DNA of 64,000 bases, from positions 25,698 through 89,697 of the forward strand of contig CALVOK010000011.1 in the NCBI GenBank assembly GCA_944350275.1, read 5' to 3'. Origin of the DNA: an uncultured Clostridia bacterium. Its GTDB lineage: Bacteria > Bacillota > Clostridia > Christensenellales > UBA1242. How positions within the stretch are numbered: position 1 is the stretch's first letter; every line of letters begins with the position of its first letter. This document shows positions 32,295-42,264 of this stretch, piece by piece. The notes under the pieces are model-generated. The model did not search any database and had not been told where the DNA came from. It saw only the letters and a program-made list of their open reading frames with translations. Position numbers and translations under genes: made by a program.

Positions 32295-32428
32295 AACAAT
32301 TTCCTTACATTAAAATTATAACATATTTATTGTAAATTTTCAATATAAAAATAATCTGATTTGAAAATAATTTTTTAAATAATGTTATTAAGGTTTGAAT
32401 TATAATAATTTTATGATATAATGTAAGT

Positions 32429-33247
32429 ATGCAAATCATACATATTGGTAAAGAAAATGCCACATTTCAGCAAATTTTTGCACTTAAAAATAACAGAAAC
32501 AAAAGATTGCATATGGGGCAGTTCTTTGTTGAAGGCGTCCAAAATATAAAAAATGCTATAAGCAATAATTGGCATATAGTTGCTTTTATTTTTTCGCAAG
32601 ATAAAGAGTTGTCTCAATGGGCTAAAAGTATTCTGCGTTTTTCTGATATTAACTATGCCTTATCAAGTGAACTGATGAATAAATTAAGTGATAAAACAGA
32701 CACGAGTGAAATACTTGCTATAATAGAGATGAAAGAAGAACTTAATATTTTTAATACAAAAAATCCTGTGTATGTTCTACTTGATAGACCATCAAAGAAA
32801 GGTAATTTAGGCAGTATAATAAGGTCTTGTGATGCTTTGAATGTGGATTGTTTATTTTATTCCGGGCATAGTGTGGATATATATGACCGTGAAGTTATTA
32901 CTGCATCGATGGGTTCTTTTTTTAGAGTGCCTTTTTGTTTTATTAAGTCAAATGAAGATTTTTTAAGTTTGATATATAACCTTAAAAATATGTATAAAGA
33001 TTTTCAAGTGGTTGCGACTTCATTGCAAGCAGAGGATAAAATTCAAGATTGTGATTTTACTAAACCAACTCTGCTTTTAGTTGGTAATGAAACAGATGGA
33101 CTATGTAAGTTTTATAAAGAAAACGCTGACAAGTCTGTTATAATACCTATAAAAAAAGATATAGATTCTCTTAACGTCGCATGTGCAACTTCTATTTGCT
33201 TATATGAAATTCAAAGGCAAAGGGGTTTTAAAAATATAAATACTTAA
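32429..33247 (+). CDS. TrmH/SpoU-family RNA 2'-O-methyltransferase
   Basis: SpoU motifs (LDRPSKKGNLGSIIRS, LLVGNETDGL, SLNVACATSICLYE). TATAAT lies 6 nt before the ATG. Confidence 0.8.
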   Translation: MQIIHIGKENATFQQIFALKNNRNKRLHMGQFFVEGVQNIKNAISNNWHIVAFIFSQDKELSQWAKSILRFSDINYALSSELMNKLSDKTDTSEILAIIEMKEELNIFNTKNPVYVLLDRPSKKGNLGSIIRSCDALNVDCLFYSGHSVDIYDREVITASMGSFFRVPFCFIKSNEDFLSLIYNLKNMYKDFQVVATSLQAEDKIQDCDFTKPTLLLVGNETDGLCKFYKENADKSVIIPIKKDIDSLNVACATSICLYEIQRQRGFKNINT

Positions 33248-33327
33248 ATTTGTTAATTTAAAATATTTTATTTGGGGTAGTCTTAGCGAGCGTAATTATT
33301 TGGTTTTATAAAAGTAGGAGGGGAATA

Positions 33328-33818
33328 TTGATTAAATTGATGGGCAAGATGTTTGATATAAGCGGATATATTGAAAATGTCTATTGCTTAGATAATTTTT
33401 CTGCGTTTTGCGTTAAGGTTGATGGTATTAAATACAAGACTGTTGAGCACGCATTTCAAACTATAAAATTTTTAGATTCTGCACCAGAAATAGCGGATAA
33501 AATCAAAAATTCCAATTCTCCATTTGAGGCACGAGAGTTAGCCTATAATTACAAATCATTGAGGAGAAAGGACTGGGGACAAGTTAAGTATGATATTATG
33601 GAAATGTTGTTACGACAAAAGGTAAATCAAAATGCCTATGTTAGAGAAAAATTAATCAATACAAGCCCATATACTATTGTTGAAGATTGTGGAGAAGATG
33701 ATGATAAAGATTGGGGTGCGGACTCGACGGAACAGGTAATAATAACTTAGGTAAATTATGGATGAAAGTTAGAGATGAAATATTGCATGATATGAAAATA
33801 ATTAATAATTTCATTTAG
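33328..33818 (+). pseudogene. NADAR (YbiA/DUF1768) family protein with a frameshift near 33727-33729
   Basis: N-terminal NADAR pattern (LDNFSAFCVKVDGIKYKTVEHAFQTIKF). The canonical C-terminus GTGNNNLGKLWMKVRDEIL is encoded in another frame, at 33729-33818. Confidence 0.72.
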
Positions 33819-33951
33819 ATTTAGAAAGTTTTTTGCTGAACTATTAGATTTTGAACTGCAATCTTTCGTAGTAGTGAATAAAAGACATAGAAATTAATTA
33901 CTTTTATGGTAGCAAATATGTAAAATAATATTTAAGAACATATCACTTATT

Positions 33952-34842
33952 TTAATCATCTATAAGTTTCTCAAAATCTTTTGGAAAGGGTACTGAAAAA
34001 GTTAGTGTCTCTTGCTTAAAAGGATGATAAAATGAAACATCTTTACAAATAAGGGCAGTGTGGTTAATCGTTTGAGTTTTATTTCCATAAAGTTCATCGC
34101 CAAGCAGGGCATGTCCTATACTTGAAAGATGCACTCTTATTTGATGAGTTCTGCCATGGATAAGGTTTACACTTATAAGAGTAAACTTTTTTATTTGATT
34201 ATCTTCCTTTATCTCGCAAATTTTAATAGGACGTACAAAGGTCTTTGCATCTTTGCCGTCAAATGCTATCTCTCTTTTCTTATTATTGATTTTATCCTTA
34301 GAAGTGGTTTTTATCTTTTTATCAATTACTAAATCTCTATCTATAACGCCCTCGCATATGGCATAATAGGTCTTATTTATATCCTTAATTTCTTTTTGTG
34401 AAATGCTATCTTTTGCAACAATCACAATACCTGATGTGTCTTTATCTATTCTGTTTATAATTCTCAAAGTGAAGTTTGGGTCTTTGTCTTTCATATAAAA
34501 ACATATTCCGCCTGCAAGGTTAAAGGAATAATGCGATTTGCTAGGCATACTAGCAAGTCCTGCTGGTTTATTGATTAGTAAGTAGTATTCATCTTCATAT
34601 ACTATATCTAGTGGTAGTATGCATTGCATAATAGTAGTTTTGTTGTTAGGATTTGAATTGATGGCAAGGTCATCACCAATAGAAAGAGAATGGTTGATTG
34701 TAACATCATTGCCGTTTACTTTGATATATCCCATATGTTTTCTTAGATTTGTAATAAAGTTTTCTGAAAAATCGTTGTCTTTCAAGAAAAAGTAAATGGT
34801 AGAATAGTTTTTTGTTATTTGATAGTGCTGATATTTTATCAT
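33952..34842 (-). CDS. RluA-family pseudouridine synthase
   Basis: S4-like N-terminus, catalytic Asp region RIDKDTSGIVIVAK, and HGRTHQIRVHL. Confidence 0.87.
   Translation of the reverse strand: MIKYQHYQITKNYSTIYFFLKDNDFSENFITNLRKHMGYIKVNGNDVTINHSLSIGDDLAINSNPNNKTTIMQCILPLDIVYEDEYYLLINKPAGLASMPSKSHYSFNLAGGICFYMKDKDPNFTLRIINRIDKDTSGIVIVAKDSISQKEIKDINKTYYAICEGVIDRDLVIDKKIKTTSKDKINNKKREIAFDGKDAKTFVRPIKICEIKEDNQIKKFTLISVNLIHGRTHQIRVHLSSIGHALLGDELYGNKTQTINHTALICKDVSFYHPFKQETLTFSVPFPKDFEKLIDD
34615..34636. repeat. Palindromic core copy (TAGTATGCATTGCATAATAGTA) inside the rluA-family CDS
   Basis: Matches the TATGCATTGCATAATAG core of the dispersed palindrome. It encodes ...TTIMQCILP... on the minus strand. 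Confidence 0.7.
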
Positions 34843-35061
34843 AAAGTGCTCCTTTTTGATTGTTGATTAAATAAATACTATTTTGCAAGTGTTTACATAT
34901 GCGAGTAGGTAAATATTTCTTTTTTGTAAACAATTGTAGGTGAATTTAAGAGGCTTTTAAAAGAAACTTTTCCTAACTTTTTATAGTTTAGGTTATATTG
35001 CCTATCTATTATAGCAAAAATATATTTTTTTGTAAAATTTATTTAAACTACTTTAAAAAAC

Positions 35062-35090
35062 TTGACATATTTTGTTTGCTATTATATAAT
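35062..35090 (+). promoter_or_regulatory. Sigma-A promoter of the pheST T-box leader
   Basis: TTGACA (35062-35067), N17, TATAAT (35085-35090). Confidence 0.75.
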
Positions 35091-35096
35091 TTTAGT

Positions 35097-35693
35097 GTTT
35101 AAAAGCGATGATGAAAGACTAGTAGCAAGATGTAGTTATCTCAGAGAGCCTATAAGTTGCTGTAATATAGGCATAATAAACCTTGTGAATTCACTTTCTA
35201 GCCACATTTATGAAACTATTTTTCTTAATGCGAAACTTATAAAATGTGTTTGTATCAGTAGCGAATTTAGTAATGATTCTATAAGATGAGTGTAAAAAAT
35301 AGCTCTAATCTCTGCGTAAAAGATAAAGTTATAAAGACAAAATCTTATGTTTTATTAAATGATGGAAAATAGGTGTAGTTTATGTCGTAAAACCTGCGTT
35401 AAAGGTAATTAAGGATTGAATTTATATAAAAAATAGAGCGAGTGTTAAGTTAAAAATGCGGTTTTATCTTACTTTCTTAGGATTTGGATGGTATAACAGA
35501 TAAAAAGCACAAAACGCAAAAGATTTAAAGCAAAAGAAGTTATCTCACAATTTGGAAACATCACTTTTTATGTCTCGCAAGATTGGTTATTGTTTATACT
35601 TTTAATGGCTTGTGGATATATAGATTCAATTAAAATTAGGTGGTACCACGAAGAGACCTTCTTTCGTCCTAATACGAGAGGGTCTTTATTTGT
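35097..35693 (+). promoter_or_regulatory. T-box riboswitch leader, Phe specifier UUC (35190-35192), about 600 nt long
   Basis: Stem I has a GCGATGA K-turn region, AGTA, the AGAGAG motif, and distal loop AGTTGCTGTAA. The specifier loop is GAA-TTC-A between the GAAAG/CTTTC and GCAAG/CTTGT stems. T-box AATTAGGTGGTACCACG at 35634-35650. Terminator AGACCTTC...GAGGGTCT plus TTTATTT at 35654-35693. Confidence 0.85.
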
Positions 35694-35709
35694 TATAAAG
35701 GAGAATGTT

Positions 35710-36732
35710 ATGATAAGTGAACAACTTGAAACAATAAAGGAGCAATTACTTGCTGAAATCAATGGTGCTGAAAGGGTCAACCAAATAGGACAAATTAGAG
35801 CAAAGGCGTTTGGAAAGTCTGGTTCGATATCTGCACTATCAAAGGGTATGAGAGATTTGAGTCCTGAGGAGAGACCTAAATTTGGGGCAATGATTAATGA
35901 ACTTAAAAAAGTCATCGAAGAAAGTTTGGTATCAAAGGAAAGTGAACTTGAAGAAATCGAATTAAAGCGTAAACTAGAAGAGGAGCAAGTGGATATAACT
36001 GAACCTTCAAATATAAGAGAGATTGGAGCACTTCATCCTATTGCTGATGTAATAGATAGACTTACGGATATATGTGTCGACATGGGATTTTCGGTTGTTG
36101 AAGGCCCAGAAATAGAAAGTGATTATTATAATTTCGAGGCTATGAATATACCAAAAAATCATCCATCTAGGGATATGCAAGATACTTTCTTTATAACTGA
36201 CGAAATACTTTTAAGATCTCACACTTCGGCAGTACAAGCAAGGGAGATGGAGACAAGAAAACCGCCTTTTAAGATTATTTGTCCTGGAAAAACATATAGA
36301 AACGATAGCGATGCAACACATAGTCCTATATTTCATCAAATTGAAGGATTGGTTATTGATGAAAATATTTCAATGGCTGATTTGAAATCAATGCTAACAA
36401 TACTTATGAGAAGGTTGTATGGTAATGATACTAAGATAAGATTTAGACCATCATTTTTCCCTTTCACTGAGCCAAGCATAGAGGTTGATGTATCTTGTCC
36501 TAGTTGCCACGGAAAAGGTTGTAAAATTTGCAAGGGTAGTGGTATGCTTGAACTTTTAGGTGCAGGAATTGTAAATCCAAAGGTGCTTGAAATGTCTGGA
36601 ATTGACAGTAAAAAATATCGAGGTTTTGCTTTTGGTTTTGGATTGGATCGTACTGCAATGATCCTTAATAGTATAAACAATATACGTAATTTTTACAGAA
36701 ATGATATAAGATTTTTAGAACAGATGAAATAA
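35710..36732 (+). CDS. pheS: Phenylalanine--tRNA ligase alpha subunit
   Basis: Class II motifs (FRNDSDATHSPIFHQIEG, GFAFGFGLDRTAM). AAGGAGAA RBS before the ATG at 35710; the track start at 35590 lies inside the leader. Confidence 0.95.
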   Translation: MISEQLETIKEQLLAEINGAERVNQIGQIRAKAFGKSGSISALSKGMRDLSPEERPKFGAMINELKKVIEESLVSKESELEEIELKRKLEEEQVDITEPSNIREIGALHPIADVIDRLTDICVDMGFSVVEGPEIESDYYNFEAMNIPKNHPSRDMQDTFFITDEILLRSHTSAVQAREMETRKPPFKIICPGKTYRNDSDATHSPIFHQIEGLVIDENISMADLKSMLTILMRRLYGNDTKIRFRPSFFPFTEPSIEVDVSCPSCHGKGCKICKGSGMLELLGAGIVNPKVLEMSGIDSKKYRGFAFGFGLDRTAMILNSINNIRNFYRNDIRFLEQMK

Positions 36733-36741
36733 GGAGTAAAT

Positions 36742-39153
36742 ATGAAAGTAACATACAATTGGTTAAAAGAATTTGTAAATTTAACAGCCTCACCAGAAGA
36801 GGTCGCTGAAAAATTGACTTCTGCTGGAATGGAGGTTGAGGAAATTATTTATCAAAATAAAAACCTTCATGATGTGGTTGTAGGAAAAATTTTAAAGATT
36901 GAAAAACATCCACAAGCAGACAAATTGGTGGTTTGTCAAGTAGATATTGGCAATTCAATTACTCAAATCATAACTGCTGCAACAAATGTTTTTGAGGGGG
37001 CTGTTGTACCTGTAAGTTTGCCAGGCGCAGACCTTGTAAACGGTATAAAGATACAAAAAGCCAAAATGAGAGGTGTTGAGTCTTGTGGAATGTTCTGCTC
37101 AGGCGAAGAACTCGGAATAGATGAGAACTACTTTGAGGGAGCAGGAGTCAATGGTATTCTTATTTTGCCAAATGATTTTAAAGCAGGAACTCCTATTGAA
37201 AAAGCACTTATGCTTGATGATGTTGTCTATGATATAAATATAACACCTAATAGGGCGGACTGCATGAGTGTTATCGGTATAGCAAGAGAGGTGTGTGCTA
37301 TATACGGCATGGACATGAAAAAGGTAAATTTAAGTTATGATATAGATGTTTATGCTCAAGACACCGTACATGATTATATTAAAGTTAGCGTAAATACGCC
37401 AAATTGCCTAAGATATATGGCAACTGCTGTTACAAATGTGAAAGTTGAAAGATCGCCTTTATGGATGAGAGCAAGACTTAATGCGGTTGGAATTAAACCC
37501 ATTAATACAATGGTAGATATAACAAATTACGTTCTTGTTGAAATGGGACAACCATTGCATGCGTTTGACCAGTCTATGATAGAAGGACAGGAAATAAACG
37601 TAAGACAGGCAAAAGAGGGTGAAGTGATAGATGCTCTCAATCATAATACCTATACTCTTGACGAAAATGTTATGGTAATAGCCGACAAAAACAAACCTAT
37701 GGTTATTGCTGGTGTTATTGGTGGGACTAACTCTTGTATTAGTGACAATACATCAAAATGTGTGCTTGAAAGTGCTGTGTTTGACCTTAAATCAATTAGG
37801 CTTACAAGTAGAAAAATAGGTGTAAGAACTGACTCGTCTGCAAGATACTCAAAAGGTGTAAATGTGGCAAATGCAGAACTAGGAATGGGAAGAGCGCTCC
37901 ACCTTGTTTCAAAATTGAAATGTGGAAAAATTGTTCGAGGTAGAATTGATATAGCGTCAGCGAAAAATGAGGCAAGGAAAATTGTCGTTTCGGTCAAACT
38001 AATAAATGATATACTTGGGCTTCAAATAAAGGCGCAAGATATGCTTAGAATTTTAAATAATTTATGCATAGAATCAACCCTTGCAGGTGATAAGATAACT
38101 TGCGTAGTGCCACCATATAGAGAAGATATAGAAAATGATTATGATATAGCGGAAGAAGTTATCAGATTTTATGGTTATGACGTCTATGACAACATTGAAT
38201 ATGAACTATTTGAGAACTCTAAGGTTAGTGAAGGTCATCATCATCCAAGGCTTGCATTAGAGCGAAAATTTAGAAATTCGCTTGTGGACTTTGGCTTCTA
38301 TGAAAATATTTCTTATACACTTGTACCGAGCGATAGTGCTAGCAAATTGTTATTAAATGATAACAGAAAAAATTTAATAAGAATAGCAAATCCTATTAGC
38401 GAGGATATTTCATGTATGAGGACATCTTTGGCTCATTCCTTGCTATCAAACATTGCCTATAATCTTTCAGTCGGAAATAAAAGCATGAAGATTTTTGAAT
38501 GTGGACGAGAGTATATTACTGATAGTTTGCCACTTGAAAAATTGCCTAATGAGAAAAATATGTTCGCTCTTGCAATTTGCGAAGATGATAAGGAGCATAA
38601 GAATTTTTACTACATGAAAGGCATAATTGAAATGCTTTTAAACAAGACCTCGGTCGAATATACCTTAGTTCGTTCAAAAGAGCCATATCTTCATCCAGGA
38701 ATTTCTGCTGATATTATTTCAAACGGAAAGGTTATAGGCTCATTTGGTCAAGTGCACCCAACTGTTGCTAAAAATTATGGAGTGCCAAGTTACGTAGTTT
38801 ATGGCGAACTTAACGACGATTATCTGTCTAGTTTAGTTGAAAAGCAACGTGCATTTAAAGAAATTTCTAAATATCCTATTGTAGAGAGAGACTTAGCAAT
38901 TGTTGTAGATGAGAATGTTGCTGTTAAGGAGATATTAGATTCAATAAAATCTTCTTGCGGTAAACTCTGCTATAAAGTGGAACTTTTCGATATTTACAGA
39001 AGTCAAGATTTAAAATCTCAAAATAAGAAAAGTTTAGCATTTAATATAAAACTTTCAGACCTTGATAAGACTCTTACTGATGAAGAGGTAAATAAAGTTA
39101 CACAGAAAGTTCTTAAAGCATTGTCCTATAAATTTGGAGCAGTACTGCGATGA
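36742..39153 (+). CDS. pheT: Phenylalanine--tRNA ligase beta subunit
   Basis: 803 aa with tRNA-binding OB domain, B3/4, B5 and FDX-ACB domains. Follows pheS. Confidence 0.95.
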   Translation: MKVTYNWLKEFVNLTASPEEVAEKLTSAGMEVEEIIYQNKNLHDVVVGKILKIEKHPQADKLVVCQVDIGNSITQIITAATNVFEGAVVPVSLPGADLVNGIKIQKAKMRGVESCGMFCSGEELGIDENYFEGAGVNGILILPNDFKAGTPIEKALMLDDVVYDINITPNRADCMSVIGIAREVCAIYGMDMKKVNLSYDIDVYAQDTVHDYIKVSVNTPNCLRYMATAVTNVKVERSPLWMRARLNAVGIKPINTMVDITNYVLVEMGQPLHAFDQSMIEGQEINVRQAKEGEVIDALNHNTYTLDENVMVIADKNKPMVIAGVIGGTNSCISDNTSKCVLESAVFDLKSIRLTSRKIGVRTDSSARYSKGVNVANAELGMGRALHLVSKLKCGKIVRGRIDIASAKNEARKIVVSVKLINDILGLQIKAQDMLRILNNLCIESTLAGDKITCVVPPYREDIENDYDIAEEVIRFYGYDVYDNIEYELFENSKVSEGHHHPRLALERKFRNSLVDFGFYENISYTLVPSDSASKLLLNDNRKNLIRIANPISEDISCMRTSLAHSLLSNIAYNLSVGNKSMKIFECGREYITDSLPLEKLPNEKNMFALAICEDDKEHKNFYYMKGIIEMLLNKTSVEYTLVRSKEPYLHPGISADIISNGKVIGSFGQVHPTVAKNYGVPSYVVYGELNDDYLSSLVEKQRAFKEISKYPIVERDLAIVVDENVAVKEILDSIKSSCGKLCYKVELFDIYRSQDLKSQNKKSLAFNIKLSDLDKTLTDEEVNKVTQKVLKALSYKFGAVLR

Positions 39154-40265
39154 TATATCTTGACAATGCGGCAACAACTAGAATGTATGAGGGGGCGGTA
39201 GACGTATACAAAAAATACGCCTGCCAATCTTTTTATAATATGTCAGCAGGGTACAATAAAGCAATAGAGGTTGCAAAGGATATAGACGAAATACGAAAAC
39301 TAATACTAAAAAAACTAGGAGGAAAAGGGGATATAATCTTCACAAGCGGTGCTACTGAAAGTAACAATCTTGCTATATATGGTAATAAACGAAACGGCAA
39401 ATGGGAATATGTATTCTCTGAGGGAGAACATCCTAGTGTCTACAACATTGCAAAAGACCTCCAAAACCAAGGCTTTATTGTGCATTTTATAAGGCTAAGA
39501 GAAGATGGACAAATTGATTATGAGCAACTGCAAAATGTGGTAAATGAAAGGACTAGAATTATATCTGTTATGCATGTCAGCAATGAGACAGGTGCGATAA
39601 ATGACTTAAAAAAGATAAATTTAATAAGACAAAAATTTTGTCCAAAAGCACTATTTCATGTTGACGGAGTTCAGGCATTTTGTAAACTTGACTACAAGAT
39701 AGAGGATTATAACATTGACCTATATACTATATCTAGTCATAAATTTCATGGGCCAAAAGGTGTTGGTGCATTATACGTTAAAAATTTAAATTCATTAAAG
39801 AACATTATTTTTGGCGGTGGACAAGAAAAAGGCTATAGGTCTGGCACTGAAAATACAAGCGGAATAATGGCAATGGGCTACGCTATAAGTCACTTTAACA
39901 CAAAGGATAATTATGATTATGTTGAAAAGTTGAAGAGCGTTATAAAAAAAGAACTTTCTGTTGATGAAAAGATAAAGATTTTTGATGTAGGAAGTCCTTA
40001 TATATTAAGTGTTACCTTCTCAGGTGTCAATGGAGAAACACTGATGCGTGCACTGCAAGATTATGACATTTTGGTAGGTAATGGTAGTGCTTGTTCCACC
40101 AAAAAGGCTGGTAATAGAGTGCTTGAAAGCATAGGTTTTAATCTTGACGAGATAAAATCTCATATAAGAATATCTTTTTCAGAGGAGTTGACTTTAAAAG
40201 AGGTCGAATATGCAGGAAAAAAGATGGTAGAGGTTTATAATAATATTTTGGAGAAAGTGAAATGA
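39150..40265 (+). CDS. Cysteine desulfurase (NifS/NifZ-like, ThiI partner)
   Basis: MIYLDNAATT, PLP-Lys context SSHKFHGPKGVG, and active-site Cys context GSACS. Translationally coupled to thiI. Confidence 0.85.
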   Translation: MIYLDNAATTRMYEGAVDVYKKYACQSFYNMSAGYNKAIEVAKDIDEIRKLILKKLGGKGDIIFTSGATESNNLAIYGNKRNGKWEYVFSEGEHPSVYNIAKDLQNQGFIVHFIRLREDGQIDYEQLQNVVNERTRIISVMHVSNETGAINDLKKINLIRQKFCPKALFHVDGVQAFCKLDYKIEDYNIDLYTISSHKFHGPKGVGALYVKNLNSLKNIIFGGGQEKGYRSGTENTSGIMAMGYAISHFNTKDNYDYVEKLKSVIKKELSVDEKIKIFDVGSPYILSVTFSGVNGETLMRALQDYDILVGNGSACSTKKAGNRVLESIGFNLDEIKSHIRISFSEELTLKEVEYAGKKMVEVYNNILEKVK

Positions 40266-41416
40266 AGGTATTGTTATTAAGATTTGGCGAGTTGTATCTA
40301 AAAGGGCATAATAGATATGTTTTTGAAAATATGTTGATTAATAATATTAAAAATATGCTGGCTGGCGAGGAATTTAAATTGTCGAAAACCTTTGGGCGAT
40401 ATGTTATTACAGACTATAAAGAAGAACGAGAAAGTGAAATAATTGAAAAGTTAGCAAGAGTGTTTGGTCTTTATAGTTTAAGTCCTGCAGATGAGGTTGA
40501 CGCAGATGTAAAAACGATTGAAAATTATGTATCTAAAATAAATTGCGATGGAGAGAGTTTTAAGGTATTTGTTAAAAGAGCAGATAAATCTTTTCCTATT
40601 TCTTCAATGGACTTCGCTAAAAAGTTAGGAGAGATTGTATTAAATAGCAACAAAAATTCCTATGTAGACCTATACAGTCCAGAGCATGAAATTTATGTTG
40701 ATATAAGAATAAATAAGAAGGCTTATATTTTTGATAATATCATAAAATGTCATGGCGGGCTGCCTCTTGGCTCTTCTGGAAAGGGACTTTTGCTGTTGTC
40801 TGGTGGAATTGATAGTCCAGTTGCTGGGTTCTTGATGGCAAGACGAGGAATGTCATTTGAAGCACTACATTTTCATAGTTACCCATACACCTCAGAACTT
40901 GCAAAAGAAAAGGTTATAACTCTTGCAAGATATCTATCAAAGTATATTGGTAAGATAAAGTTGCATATAGTTTCTTTCACAAAAGTCCAAGAAGAAATTC
41001 ACAAAAGGTGTAAAAGTGAATACATGATAACCATTATGAGAAGGATTATGATGAGGGTAGCAAATAGGCTATGCGAAAAATACAACCTTGGTGCAATCAT
41101 AACTGGAGAGAGTTTGGGACAAGTAGCAAGTCAAACAATGCAGAGCATGACGGTTACAGGCAGTGTGGTAGATGAAATACCTATTTTTAGACCGTGCATA
41201 GCAATGGATAAAGAAGAAATTATACAAGTATCAAAATCAATAAACACCTACGACACATCTATTCTTCCTTATGAGGATTGTTGTACTGTTTTCCTGCCAA
41301 AAAATCCTGTTATTAAGCCAACAATTAAACAGGCTATGCATGAGGAAAGTTTTATAAATGTTGATGCATTAGTAAATGAGTGTGTAGATGGTGAAGAAAT
41401 ACTTGAGATAGAATAA
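40262..41416 (+). CDS. thiI: tRNA 4-thiouridine(8) synthase ThiI
   Basis: THUMP-containing N-terminus and PP-loop LLSGGIDSPVA. Confidence 0.9.
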   Translation: MKVLLLRFGELYLKGHNRYVFENMLINNIKNMLAGEEFKLSKTFGRYVITDYKEERESEIIEKLARVFGLYSLSPADEVDADVKTIENYVSKINCDGESFKVFVKRADKSFPISSMDFAKKLGEIVLNSNKNSYVDLYSPEHEIYVDIRINKKAYIFDNIIKCHGGLPLGSSGKGLLLLSGGIDSPVAGFLMARRGMSFEALHFHSYPYTSELAKEKVITLARYLSKYIGKIKLHIVSFTKVQEEIHKRCKSEYMITIMRRIMMRVANRLCEKYNLGAIITGESLGQVASQTMQSMTVTGSVVDEIPIFRPCIAMDKEEIIQVSKSINTYDTSILPYEDCCTVFLPKNPVIKPTIKQAMHEESFINVDALVNECVDGEEILEIE

Positions 41417-41486
41417 ATTTTAAATATTGTGTTTGTAAGTATATATTAATTCAAATAAATTTATGTAATTTTATGTAATAAATATA

Positions 41487-41512
41487 AAGAGGTCAGAGCA
41501 CCTCTTTTTTTA
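41487..41512 (+). terminator. Intrinsic terminator after thiI
   Basis: AAGAGGT-cagagc-ACCTCTT followed by a T-run. Confidence 0.75.
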
Positions 41513-41678
41513 TTGTATTTTGGAAGGAATAATAATTAAGTTTAAAATGAACACTATCATTTTAAAATTTACCACAATAGAGTATGCATAATGCTTTATA
41601 TTTATAAAATCAACATTTATAAATTTTCATATTATGCAATATATATCAAAAATTCATGCATAAATATACAAAAATCCC

Positions 41679-41754
41679 TTGCATAATTATAAAAAATGTT
41701 GTATAATAATCAAAAATGCATGAATAAAGATAAATTCATAATTATGCATAAATG
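41679..41754 (+). promoter_or_regulatory. argR promoter (TTGCAT-N17-TATAAT) with overlapping palindromic operator-like sequences
   Basis: -35 at 41679-41684 and -10 at 41702-41707. Downstream lie TGAATAAAGATAAATTCA (41721-41738) and TTCATAATTATGCA (41735-41748), the latter of ARG-box type TGNAT-W4-ATNCA. Confidence 0.4.
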
Positions 41755-41800
41755 CTATAAGCCTTTATTTTAAAGGGATTTAGCGATTTAAGGAGAAAAC

Positions 41801-42253
41801 ATGGCAAGGAGTGCAAGACAATCAAAAATCTTAGAACTTATATCTACAAAGGAAATTGAAACTCAAGATGAACTTGCAAGAGAGTTGAGAAATGCGAATT
41901 TTGATATTACTCAAGCAACTATTTCAAGAGACATCAAGGAACTTGGATTAACTAAAATATTGTCTAGTTCGGGGAAATATAAGTACTGCTTTGTTGGTTC
42001 TGACGAACAGGTTATTTCAAATAAATACATAACAATTTTTAAAGAGTCAGTTATATCTGTTAAAGTTGCTATGAATCTTGTTGTTATTAAAACTATGAAA
42101 GGACTTGGTTCAGGATTAAGTAGTTTTGTAGATAAACTCAATATTAATGAACTTATGGGTGCCGTTAATGGTGATGATACAGTTATGCTTATTTTCCCTA
42201 CAACCACACTTGCAAGTCAAGCAGTTGTAACTTTAAATGATATGTTAAATTAA
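41801..42253 (+). CDS. argR: Arginine repressor ArgR/AhrC
   Basis: 150 aa with winged-helix N-terminus (RQSKILELI...TQATISRDIKEL) and C-terminal oligomerisation domain (GDDTVMLIF). Confidence 0.9.
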   Translation: MARSARQSKILELISTKEIETQDELARELRNANFDITQATISRDIKELGLTKILSSSGKYKYCFVGSDEQVISNKYITIFKESVISVKVAMNLVVIKTMKGLGSGLSSFVDKLNINELMGAVNGDDTVMLIFPTTTLASQAVVTLNDMLN

Positions 42254-42264
42254 AAGGAGTTCTT

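Noticed and set aside
35062-35915. Track ORFs 35062-35289 (+), 35568-35915 (-), and the 5' extension of pheS from 35590
   Set aside because: They lie within, or antisense to, the T-box leader and lack RBSs. The pheS homology begins at the ATG at 35710, after an AAGGAGAA RBS.
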